From an uncultured Thermoplasmatales archaeon (GTDB lineage: Archaea > Thermoplasmatota > SW-10-69-26 > JACQPN01 > CAZDGP01), in NCBI GenBank assembly GCA_964505085.1, contig CAZDGP010000001.1:93292-138225 (forward strand): a DNA stretch of 44,934 bases, read 5' to 3'. Each line of letters begins with the position of its first letter. Within the stretch, counting starts at the first letter, position 1. The translations under genes were made by a program, and so were the position numbers. Shown here piece after piece: positions 34,001-41,500 of this stretch. Below the pieces are notes generated by a model. The model made no database searches and had not been told where the DNA came from. It saw only the letters and a program-made list of their open reading frames with translations.

Positions 34001-37000
34001 ACGAAGCGCTCGAAGACGCGGTACGTGATGCCCCGCGTGTCGTCCGTCGAGGACCCCGGCACGGTCTCGTTGGGATGGACAAGGGTGAAGCGCACGTGGT
34101 ACTCCCCGCTGGTGCTGGGGCGCCACGCGTTGCGGAAGGACACCACCTTCTCCTCCCCCGGTGCAAGCTTGCGGATGGGGGCGGTGGACTCGAAGACGAT
34201 GTCCCCGGTGCTGTCCTCCACCGTAACGTTCACGTGGAACTCGCCGGCGTTGCCCTGGGCCTCGGTGAACACCTCGGGGAGGGTCCCGAGGTTCTGCACC
34301 TTCGTCTTGAGGGTGCGGATCTCCTGGGTGGAACCCAGGAAGGGCGAGATGGACGACCGGTCGCTGAAGCCATCGCTTGCCACGAGCCCCACGCTCCGGG
34401 CCGACACGACCTCCACGCGGGTGCGAAGGATGTCGTTGGAGGGGTTGTCGTCAGGGTACGCGTTGCCCGGGAGCGCCCCGCTCAGGTTCACGGCCACCTC
34501 GAGGGTGTACGTGCCCTCCTGGGCGGGGGTCTTCCACGTCCGGGTGAAGAGGTGGGTGATGTTCCGGTCCGGGTTGTCCTCGTTCAGGGTGCCGGGGACC
34601 ACGCGGCCCGGGTCGATGTGCTCGACCACGGGCTCGCCCACGACCCGTCCCTCGTTGTCGAGGATGCGGTACGCCACCTCGGCGCCCACCTGGTCGTAGA
34701 GACCCCGGTTCTGGAGCTCGACGGCCACGGGAACCTGGAGGCCCGGACCCACGGTGAGGGGTCCGGCAGGCTGGACGAGGTCCTCCACCGCCATGTCGTT
34801 GGCGAAGGTGCTCTCGGTGATCTGCACGTCCTCCACGAGCCAACCCCACTCACGCTCGCTGGGCTCGCCCTGGTGGACGGCGTGGAACTCGACGTGGTAG
34901 CGGAGGTTCCGCCTCTCCTCCCGAGCGTAGTCCGAGAGGTCGAAGACGGATCGGGTCCATCGCGATTCGCCGCGGTCTGTGGCGTCGACGCCGCTGCGGT
35001 TCACGAAGACGTTGGGCTCGTCGGGGTAATCGTGGACGACGGTGTCGCAGTGGAGCTCGTTGCTGAGGGTGCTCCCATCCGTGGTGCTGTTGGGGTGGTC
35101 GGGGCAGAACTTCTTCGAGTCGCTGTAGCGGGCGAAGAGCGTGCCATCGTACCCCTCGTCAGGCTTCAGGAGCTCCCGCACGACCTCGTCGCCGTCCGCG
35201 GTCTCACCCACGATCCACACGCTGCCACCGTTGCTGGCGTGCCCGGGCTCGTCGCTGTCGTCGTACGTGAAGGTGTAGTTGTGGAGGATGCGGAGGGCGG
35301 GGTCCCGCGCGTCCGAAAGGGTGAAGGCCGGCGTGCGGAGGACACCCAGGGTCAGATCCTCAGGATGCTGGCCCGTGGTCCCGGGGTCGCCCTGACCCCA
35401 GTAGAGCATGGGGCTCGTGACCTGGACCCCAGCCCGGGGCCGAGGCTCGTTCACGACGTGCCAACCCGTGGGGAAGGGCTCCTCGTACGCCAAGCGGGTC
35501 CAGCCGCGCCCCTCCAGGAACGCGAGAGGCCGCTCCTCGTCGCCGAAGGTGAGGCCGCGGTTCATGCTCCAGCCCCTCCAGCTGTCGCCCTCGACATCGT
35601 CGTCCAGGATGGTGCGCTCCCGGGAGTCGCTCCACCGTGCCGTGAGCTCCACGTTGTCCACGAGCCAGTCGTCGAGGTCACCGTAGCCCGCGTTCTCCTG
35701 ATCGAAGGAGCCGCTGGCGCGGGAGACGGTGGTCTCGAGGTGGAATCGCAGCGTGACCTTCTGGCCCTTCCAGGGTGTGAGGTCCACGGTGCTCTGCTTC
35801 CAGGAGAACCCGTCCTCGTAGGTGGCGACGGTGCGACCGAAGACGGGGAAGGCCTCGGTGGCGTTCCCCTGGTCCTCGGGGGTGCGGTCGTCGGCGGCCT
35901 CGAAGCCGGTGTCGGGGGCCGTGGTGTTCACGGTGACGGTCCGCATGTCCTCCGAGGGGTCGGTGAGGGGGACGTTCCTCTCGGGAAGCACCTCCACGAG
36001 ACCCCGGGAGCGCTCGGGGCTCACCTGGTCGTCGGTGGCGCGCCCATCCCACTGGAAGCCTGCCGTGTGCCAGAAGCTCAGCGTGAGCTCCTCCGCGCTG
36101 GAGGCCTCCGTGAGGTCCACGTCCCGCACGAGCCAGTAGTGGTCCGCCGTGTTCCCCTGGAGACCGGCGGCGACAGCGAGCTCGTCGTAGGTGATGACGC
36201 TGTCCGTCACCGTACCCTCGAGACCGGTGCCGTTGAGGGTGGCGTTCCCCCAGGTGGCGACGCCGACGCCCCCGTCGTGGCCTGTGGCGGCGAGGACGTG
36301 GCTCCGCGACACGGGGTCGGGGTTCACGCGTTGTGTGGACACGGAGCCGTCACTGCTCTCCTCGCTCGTGTACGCGGTGGACAGGAACCCGTGGTCGAAG
36401 ACGCTGGAGCGGTGGAAGGGGAGAGGCCTCGGCGTGTCGAGGTCCTCATCGAGGTAGGGGAGGGGCGTGGCCCGCACGAAGGCGCTGCGGTTGCCATCGA
36501 AGGTCCCGTCCTCGGTGACGAAGGTGGCGCCGATGCGGTAGACACCGGGCACGTTCACACCCTGGCTCCACTCGTAGGACTTCGTCCAGGTGTTCTCGTC
36601 GCTGCCCAGCACCGTGAGGTCCCGACCGTAGGGGAGCTCCTGAGCTCGCACCGTGTCCACGGCGAGGACCCTGGGCTCGCCCACGGGCGAGCGTGTCTCG
36701 CGGTCCAAGCGCTGGAGCGTGACGCGAAGCTGGCCTCCCAGGGGCACGTTCCCTTGGTTCTCCACGGACACCTGGAACCGCTTGGGTTCCCCGACGTTGG
36801 TCTGGATGCTGTCCCCGTCCACCTTCACATCGACCTTCGCCCGTGGCACGTCCTGCACCTGGAAGGGGACCACGACCTCGTCGTTCTGGTCCGCCGGGTT
36901 CGTCTCCGGCATGGCCGTGAGGTTGTCGTCCAGGGGGTCGTCGCTGGCTCCGTAGGTGGTGAGGTTCACGATGAGATCGTAGTCCCCCACCTCGTCCAGG

Positions 37001-38514
37001 TGGAACGCCTCGCTCGTGTGGAGGGTCAGGGCCTCCTGGGGGTCGAGGTGCCGGATGAACCGGCTGTCCTGCTGGAGGGTGACGCTGGTGTCGTTCGCGG
37101 GGGTCACGCGGAAGGAGACCGAGATGTTCTCCATGGGCCGGTAACCGAAGTTCCGGATGGTGGTGTTGGGATGGAACGTCTCACCCACGGCCAACCGGTC
37201 CATCTCCTGGGGGGCGTGGACGCGTTGCACCGCGGCATCCCTGGGGTAGGTGCTCGCCCAGACGGTGACGTCGTCCAGGAACCACCCGGGTGAGGTGGGG
37301 TTGGCCTCGATGCTCTGCACGTGGAAGGCCACCTGGACCTCGGACCCGGCGAAGCGGTTGAGGTTGAACGTGCTGGCCACGACCCCGTCGCTGCTCCGGA
37401 CGAAGGCGGGCTTCGTGTCCTCGGCCCCCGCGTGCCCGTTGTACGTCATGGTGCGGTCGTCGGTGGTGGCCTCGTGAGCCGCGGCGCTGGGGTCCAGAGC
37501 CGGGTTGTTCATGACCTCGTCGGGTTGGAGGTACCTCCAGTCGCTCCAGGACCCGTCATCCTGCCGCTCGCGGACCTCCAGGAAGACGGAGTCGTTGCTG
37601 CGGCTGGAGTAGTCGAGGTCGAAGGCGTGGTAGAAGGTGAGGTTGACGTAGGATGCGCCCTCCCGATCGTTGACGGGGTTGGGCGCGTAGATAGCACCGT
37701 CACCCTCCCCGCTCACGTCCACCCCGTAATCGTCGGGGCGGGAACTGGGGATGGACGAGGGCACCTGGTCCATCCAGAACTCCAGGAACTGCCCAAGGAA
37801 GAAGAGGTCGACGCTCGTATCCCCCTCGTGCGCAGGCGCGTCGAAGATGGGGTCCGCTTGCTCGCAGGGGTCCGGGAGCGTGGCAGTGTCCTGCTGGGGG
37901 CAGGGTACCGGGGTCCATTCGCTTGGGGGCGTGGTGAAGAGGTAGTGGTAGGGTACGATGGTGGATTGGAAGCCCAGGGCGGCCTGGCTCCCAGTGAAGT
38001 ACGCCTCCTCCAGGTCCTGGAGGAAGGCGGCAACCTGCGCGTCATCGTGGAGCGTGGTGGTTGCCTGGGATGCTCCCCGGACGTACCGGAGGTCGATGGG
38101 TGGGGAGACGAGGCGGGAGTCCAAGCCTCCGGCGTAGGTGGCCCGCTCGTTCATGGTGGTGACGGCGTGCTGGCCGGAGCTCGTGGAGATGGGGCTCACG
38201 AAGGTGTTGGAGGGCTTGTCCTCCTGGGCGTGGACGTGGCGGAGCTGGGGTCCCACGCTGGGGGATACGACCTCCTCGTGCCACCCGGCCTCCTGCAGGC
38301 TGTCCACGTCCTCCCAGTCCTCCTGGTAGATGCGGACGATGCTCCCCTCGGTGGCGTCCCCGCTTGTCCACGTTGCGGTGTCCACGGACTCGCGCACGGG
38401 GTCCTCGACGACATCGTCGAAGGTGCCCTCCCCGTCCTGGGCAACGGCGGTGGGGAAGGGCATCGAGGACGTGACGAGGAGCACGACGAACAGGATGGCA
38501 AGTCGGGTCTTCAC
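28048..38514 (-). CDS. giant envelope protein B (3488 aa): signal peptide, six MAM/choice-of-anchor-J-like modules interleaved with CARDB-like domains, terminal CARDB/NEW3 array, C-terminal anchor
   Basis: Uninterrupted 10,467-nt ORF. The GTG start 38514 overlaps the stop of protein A (GTGA), with GGGAGGT 7 nt upstream. The signal peptide is MKTRLAILFVVLLVTSSMPFPTAVAQ. There are more than 40 N-x-S/T sequons by manual count. Confidence 0.92.
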   Translation of the reverse strand: MKTRLAILFVVLLVTSSMPFPTAVAQDGEGTFDDVVEDPVRESVDTATWTSGDATEGSIVRIYQEDWEDVDSLQEAGWHEEVVSPSVGPQLRHVHAQEDKPSNTFVSPISTSSGQHAVTTMNERATYAGGLDSRLVSPPIDLRYVRGASQATTTLHDDAQVAAFLQDLEEAYFTGSQAALGFQSTIVPYHYLFTTPPSEWTPVPCPQQDTATLPDPCEQADPIFDAPAHEGDTSVDLFFLGQFLEFWMDQVPSSIPSSRPDDYGVDVSGEGDGAIYAPNPVNDREGASYVNLTFYHAFDLDYSSRSNDSVFLEVRERQDDGSWSDWRYLQPDEVMNNPALDPSAAAHEATTDDRTMTYNGHAGAEDTKPAFVRSSDGVVASTFNLNRFAGSEVQVAFHVQSIEANPTSPGWFLDDVTVWASTYPRDAAVQRVHAPQEMDRLAVGETFHPNTTIRNFGYRPMENISVSFRVTPANDTSVTLQQDSRFIRHLDPQEALTLHTSEAFHLDEVGDYDLIVNLTTYGASDDPLDDNLTAMPETNPADQNDEVVVPFQVQDVPRAKVDVKVDGDSIQTNVGEPKRFQVSVENQGNVPLGGQLRVTLQRLDRETRSPVGEPRVLAVDTVRAQELPYGRDLTVLGSDENTWTKSYEWSQGVNVPGVYRIGATFVTEDGTFDGNRSAFVRATPLPYLDEDLDTPRPLPFHRSSVFDHGFLSTAYTSEESSDGSVSTQRVNPDPVSRSHVLAATGHDGGVGVATWGNATLNGTGLEGTVTDSVITYDELAVAAGLQGNTADHYWLVRDVDLTEASSAEELTLSFWHTAGFQWDGRATDDQVSPERSRGLVEVLPERNVPLTDPSEDMRTVTVNTTAPDTGFEAADDRTPEDQGNATEAFPVFGRTVATYEDGFSWKQSTVDLTPWKGQKVTLRFHLETTVSRASGSFDQENAGYGDLDDWLVDNVELTARWSDSRERTILDDDVEGDSWRGWSMNRGLTFGDEERPLAFLEGRGWTRLAYEEPFPTGWHVVNEPRPRAGVQVTSPMLYWGQGDPGTTGQHPEDLTLGVLRTPAFTLSDARDPALRILHNYTFTYDDSDEPGHASNGGSVWIVGETADGDEVVRELLKPDEGYDGTLFARYSDSKKFCPDHPNSTTDGSTLSNELHCDTVVHDYPDEPNVFVNRSGVDATDRGESRWTRSVFDLSDYAREERRNLRYHVEFHAVHQGEPSEREWGWLVEDVQITESTFANDMAVEDLVQPAGPLTVGPGLQVPVAVELQNRGLYDQVGAEVAYRILDNEGRVVGEPVVEHIDPGRVVPGTLNEDNPDRNITHLFTRTWKTPAQEGTYTLEVAVNLSGALPGNAYPDDNPSNDILRTRVEVVSARSVGLVASDGFSDRSSISPFLGSTQEIRTLKTKVQNLGTLPEVFTEAQGNAGEFHVNVTVEDSTGDIVFESTAPIRKLAPGEEKVVSFRNAWRPSTSGEYHVRFTLVHPNETVPGSSTDDTRGITYRVFERFVPQEGETLESILQPEAGGWSFTEDGWRFGTGSSYPPLSDAVLNLREPMNLLALRNAILTVNHTYGFEAGYDGGLLEVSVDGGESWQPVPPVRNESASGDARVGYPDEASVGSPLRAKLHESNGMLSGVSGDGDEPEPVVDIFDLGAVPELVSKEVTIFDDQLVNATDAVNRSEDARRGVWTHAPVTDADNGDLGYSLVRPHSGTKMWHSNRSIAPHDSCWRVTSENSSGSYGGSTASCDAPDETFQTARYLNLTLNGEQGLPDVGAVLARESTAALRVSFWDYRIIGSLDPSLRVPPEVPNEVEAYLVCLSCEGQPRTTLDRLAGSGYDNSYRGWTENVYTVDKAELLGWEGEDVRLSLVHHVAMEDKGTLWATDTLSPHMGWFVDDVAVSAIQGSGAVDTLWSSDLEDLDRRFIRDNVSAECDPDHDGTEQCPYYAEKQETGPWTGSWYSTSVEQEFRTGDDHLLWDVRSQYGEEIWGLNTSSTVTCTDDDTVPACSDEKNDHMWVALGPDEDHPERAGGSRLVTPLDLRSAVGNVNLSFWHRYNFHDLGAGGGTSGGVVEVSVDDGKTWIPILPEDGHDGKIFNRSEDPATSTHTTLAGRQGDPEGDSIYGINAPAYTGEQTSRWGKSTLDLSRFAGREVLLSFHASFNTHFRDNQFTPWFWAVDDVQVTGDVLDGQFAELRLRAGSDASETREGWTVHDLQLTGIKHNVNSAVRILGVNGEDPVPAGEPVPFQVRVENRGEKHVAGGEAAFKVEVRVEDDEGLVRRWGPKTVRLAPESTETLKAIGGQTLAFEPTSDKNYTIHAQVELVDEDLAKGETILRDNERTVRISEDLVKPGSLLVLDRVEVFPNHLEAGSEPVDVDVRILNDGFKTRDLQYLNLSVVPKGESEPVLHLTFDDLVEAADTRFSEDFQTRSYAWEITEEQLREIDDGLYTVRVTAEQLQDGEPEPVTKRLYLGTDYISEYAIAEPVSNSTELGEEGGWSSSGPANPQGGEEYRYGWSISNQNRSNYKSFAVTGVTDGVSNDNPRDGETWLVSPELPVSDVGREDVALTFYTQYELSRDDANLSVLYEYALEGEGGCDGDIAGGRDTHNGLYRVGYVQHHEDDVSTSDGLNRQRWEHVSMEIPDAPEGAQFLCVVFYGQTTQQTNGEIDVWRVDDIVLAPYNLELGPDVEAPVKDDMLKTYRFRIENRGAFNDTYRFEFVDGSGAPVDIPQSWDMHVRTHGGDEVDRVALAAGEERELLLEVHVPVQQASGTTGIADLALTAVSETNPIVRKTMEVDLSFEYPPRPNLVVLDLRANDVDLPAGEPRSVVATVANMGDAPARNVPVDIVDTMPASFGVAPVNLTRLDGEPLRNISLMPGEVVSVLAQWTPSRSGPHNVTAILDPQDVIVESNEDDNRETVTAVLDAARFPDLRVSVDVSNTEPQVGDEVHLNATITNRGNARATGVQVSFRVGVADLLDGTPPHILGQPIAPGETVQLEATWPAPFPGTYRVFARAFPLSGALERVETEEDNLDIRTMQVRTRGLTFDGPDDKVPVDVGSVTTTELDLSNRGDVRDSVDLSVDAPHGIRAHVERNGLTIARLDLDNGTTANLTLHVRAPARIATGTYPVTVTAQSLNTTQTETIVVPVHVRRTHGLDVEGRVLDLDTGERTVPIALENKGNGPATVTLDSSNLPASWRLSAEPVELKPYEARSVNVTLDVPTRTQAGVVDLTLEATSPGAHTSAPVRVNVLERPVVDIAVDPGEVHLRPGTSTDLDVTLSNQGNAPAFAALDALVPEGWSADLPRPRARLEPGENLSFTWPVEVPADAGAGTHDAVLQAVSGDQVFRGSATVHVGVPDLTVAHIQQSPRVNIEAGETVTFNVTIRNVGTLVSDEVPVGMYVDDELVDYRTLDAVAANAGTTTEFTWPAEAGEHVLLMVVDPGEGIVEEDEGNNAHLLVVGAGSDVSVFTGAQRAVPLPVGWAFIALAAAALCLRRRWTS
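28051..28125 (-). other. C-terminal anchor/sorting signal of protein B
   Basis: VPLPVGW-AFIALAAAALCL-RRRWTS has the same tripartite layout as the ends of proteins A and C. Confidence 0.55.
28165..30147 (-). repeat. terminal array of CARDB and NEW3-like domains in protein B
   Basis: Residues about 2790-3450. CARDB signatures include PNLVVLDL...PAGEPRSVVATVANMGDAPA...ESNEDDN, PDLRVSVDV...VGDEVHLNATITNRGNA...ETEEDN and PDLTVAHIQ...AGETVTFNVTIRNVG...EEDEGNN. They are interleaved with P-x-x-W-type NEW3-like units. Confidence 0.75.
30505..38337 (-). repeat. six large jelly-roll (MAM / choice-of-anchor-J-like) modules, each ending in W-x-[VL]-[DE]-[DN]-[VI]
   Basis: Module-terminal motifs were verified at the codon level: WFLDDVTV 37261-37284, WLVDNVEL 35644-35667, WLVEDVQI 34819-34842, WFVDDVAV 32833-32856, WAVDDVQV 31990-32013, WRVDDIVL 30511-30534. 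Five of the six are preceded about 10-20 aa upstream by a [DE]L-x-x-[FWY]-x-G/E-x-x-V-x-L-x-F strand. CARDB-like pairs sit between modules. Confidence 0.7.
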
Positions 38515-41500
38515 GGCTGGAACCTCCCACGGGATCGGAGGAAGAGGAGCGCGACGGCCCCGGCCAGGACCACGAGGATCGGGCCCGCGCCGGGGACGAC
38601 GCGCTGCACGGTGGTGGCGAGGCCCGCCTGCCCCTCGTCCCTGTCGGAGACGACCATGGGGCCGGTGGCGGGGTCGTCCTGGGGGTGCGAGGCCACCGTG
38701 TGGGGGCCGTCGCTCGCCACGAACCGGTACGTGTGCACGCCGCTGCTCAACGTGGTCGTGTTGAGGCGCGTGGTGTACTCGTAGGTGGCCCCCGTGCGGA
38801 TGTCCTCCGAGGGGTCCACAGGTTGCATGTCGTGGGCTTCACCGTCCACGAAGACGCGGACGAAGGCGGGTGCATCCCCGTCGCGGTCCTGCACGACCAG
38901 GCGGTACGTGTAGGTGTCGCCGGGTTCGCCCTCCGCGGGGGTGACCCCCTCGTCGAGGAACCTGGGTGCGGTGGTGGTGAGGACCTCAACCTCGCGGGAG
39001 GCGGGGCCCTCGTTCCCTGCCACGTCCACGGCGTGGACGCGGTAGGTGGCGCGGGTGCCCGGCGCCACCTCGTCGTCCAGGAACACGGTGTCGGGCGTGG
39101 TGCCCACCGTGGTGGTGGCGCCGCTCTCGGCGACGCGCGTGATCACGTAGTGGTCGATGCCCACCTGGTCGAAGGCGGCCTCCCAGCGCAGGTCCACGTA
39201 CCCGCTGGGAAGCACCTCCGCCTCCACGTCCCGGACGCCGCCGGGGGCGGTGCCGTCGGAGCGGGTGGTGAACTCGAGGGTGTCGGTGCCGGCGTTGCCC
39301 AGGGCGTCCCGGGCCACGAGCTCCACCACGTAGTCCGTGGCAGGCGTGAGGTTGCCGAGGACGGCCACGTGGTTCGCAGCCACGTCGGTGACCTCCACCT
39401 GCCCCTCGAAGGCCGGGGATCCGGCTTCCTTGTAGCGCAGGGTGGCGCTGCTGGGCTCGTCGGTGCCCCAGCGGATGGCGGCCTGCGTGTACCCGGCCTC
39501 CTTGAGGGAGAGCCCCTGCACGCTGGGGCTCGTGGTGTCGAGGTGGACGCCCTGCCGGAGCGTCACGAGGTTCCCGGCCACGTCCCGCACCTGGGCCACG
39601 ATCTCCTTGGGACCGTCGCCAGCGGGGAGGGGCAGGGTGATCTCCACGGCGCCACCCCGAAGGACGGAGCCCGGGATCCCGGTGGGTTGGCCGGTGCCGG
39701 AGGAGACCTCGACGCGGTCGATGCCGCTGTGGTCGTCCTGGACATCCACCGAGAGCGTGACGTTGCGGTCGGCGGTGCGGGTGGTTCCGTCGGCGAGGCT
39801 GAGGTTCCCGGTGGGCACGGTGCGGTCGATGCGAACGTCGGTCACGCGCTCTGCCTCCACGTGGTCCAGGCGGTCCTCGCTCCAGTACGTGACCTCGTGG
39901 ACGCCGTCACGCTCGAGGACGAAGGCGCCCTGGTACTCCCGGGGCTCGCTGCCGTCCACGGACACGTACGTACGGATCCCGTCGGGGGTGGTGTCCGTGG
40001 TGTCGAGGCTGACGGTGGCGGGACCGGAGAACCACCCGTTCCGGGATGTGCCGGTGGTGGTGAGGTTCGTGGTTGGGGCGTCGTTGTCCACGGTGACGGT
40101 GCCCTCGGCGGGCAGGTGGAGCACGATGGGGTCCTCGGGGTTGAGGGTGTTGTTCGCCGCGAGGCAGAAGACGGCGGTGCTCGTGCTCGGGAGGTCCGTG
40201 CTGTCGAACTCGAGGTTGCGTCGGGCGGAGCTCCCCTCGAAGTACTCCGTGGTGGCCACGGGCACCGTGCAGTTCGTGGTGCCGTCGGGGCTCATGGTGA
40301 GGTTGTACGTCACCGTGAGGTCGCCGGTGACGTTCGTGGTGCGCCAGGAGACCTGCGTGCTCTCGCCCGTGAGGATGGAGCTGTTCACGGGGTGGATGGG
40401 GTGGAGCTGGAGCACGTTGCTCGTGCTCACGTTCAGCACCACCTCGCCACGGTTGCCCGCGATGTCCTCCATGCGGAGGGCGAAGCGGTAGGGTGCCTGG
40501 GCGTCGAGGCCGGGGGCGCGCACCTCGTGGACGGTGTCGCCCTCGTAGCTCGACGCGTTGTAGGCGATCCCCTGGGTGCGGTTGGCGTCAGCGGGCCACA
40601 CGAGGGCATCCACGTGGGGCACGGGCTCCAGGGTGGTGAAGTTCACGGTGATGGCGTGGGGCTCCTGGGTCACGTTGGGTGTGGTAGCCAGGGTGGGGCC
40701 CTGGAAGTCGAAGGTGAGCTGGGCCGTGGGTTGGTTCCGCTTCTCCACGTTGCCGGCGAGGTCCACCGCCCGGAGCCTGAGCAGGAGCTTGTCCCCATCC
40801 TGGGGGTCGGCGTCGATGTCGGAGTGGGCGGGGTCCCACACCACGTTGCCCCGGTTGAGGTCCGTGGAGGTCACGAGGTCCTCGGGGAGGGGTTCCCAGG
40901 TGACGTCGGAGGCGTCGGAGCCGGCGGGGAGGAGGTCCCACTCCACGTTGGTGTGGTCCAGGGGTCCGTCCTGCACCTCGAAGTCGAGGTCCACCACGGG
41001 CTCCTGGATGCGGGAGGAGGTGACGTTGACGTCCGTCACGGGGCGGGAGGTGTCCAGGAAGGTGGCGGACCGAACCCGCGTACCCTGGCTCGCGAGGGTG
41101 ATGGTCTCGACGTTCCCCGCGCGGTCGGTGCCTGCGGTGGCGAACTCGAGGGTGACGCTGTCCAGGGCGACGTACCGGCCGTCCTCCTTCTTCGTGACGT
41201 TGAGGGTGGAGAGGTCGCCGGGGTGGGCTGTGCTGACCTGGCACCAGCCTTTGCCGGTCGTGTTCCACACGTCACCCTTCACCAGGGGGTCGTCGAAGTC
41301 GTGGACGTTCTTCCGGCAGAGGTCCTGCGACGCTTCCTTGGCGTAGGCGCCGTTGGAGTCGACGACGCGCACGAAGAGGTCGTGGTGGCGCAGGGGGCTG
41401 TGGACGCGCTGTTGGATCTCCGCGGTGACGTCGAGGGTGTAGGCGTCCTGCGTGGTCTTCACGGTGCCGTTGGCGTGGCGGTCGACGGTGAGGTGCCCGA

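Noticed and set aside
28132-37293. 3053-aa plus-strand ORF. Similar long ORFs lie at 766-2496(-), 2454-4118(+), 5379-7823(+), 8279-10930(+), 22059-24731(+), 24068-27646(+), 37321-38784(+) and 38685-41867(+).
   Set aside because: All lie antisense, and several are codon-aligned, to genes with clear family signatures. Their translations are Gly/Val/His/Arg/Pro/Asp filler with no motifs. Stop-free antisense frames are expected in genes with very high GC3.
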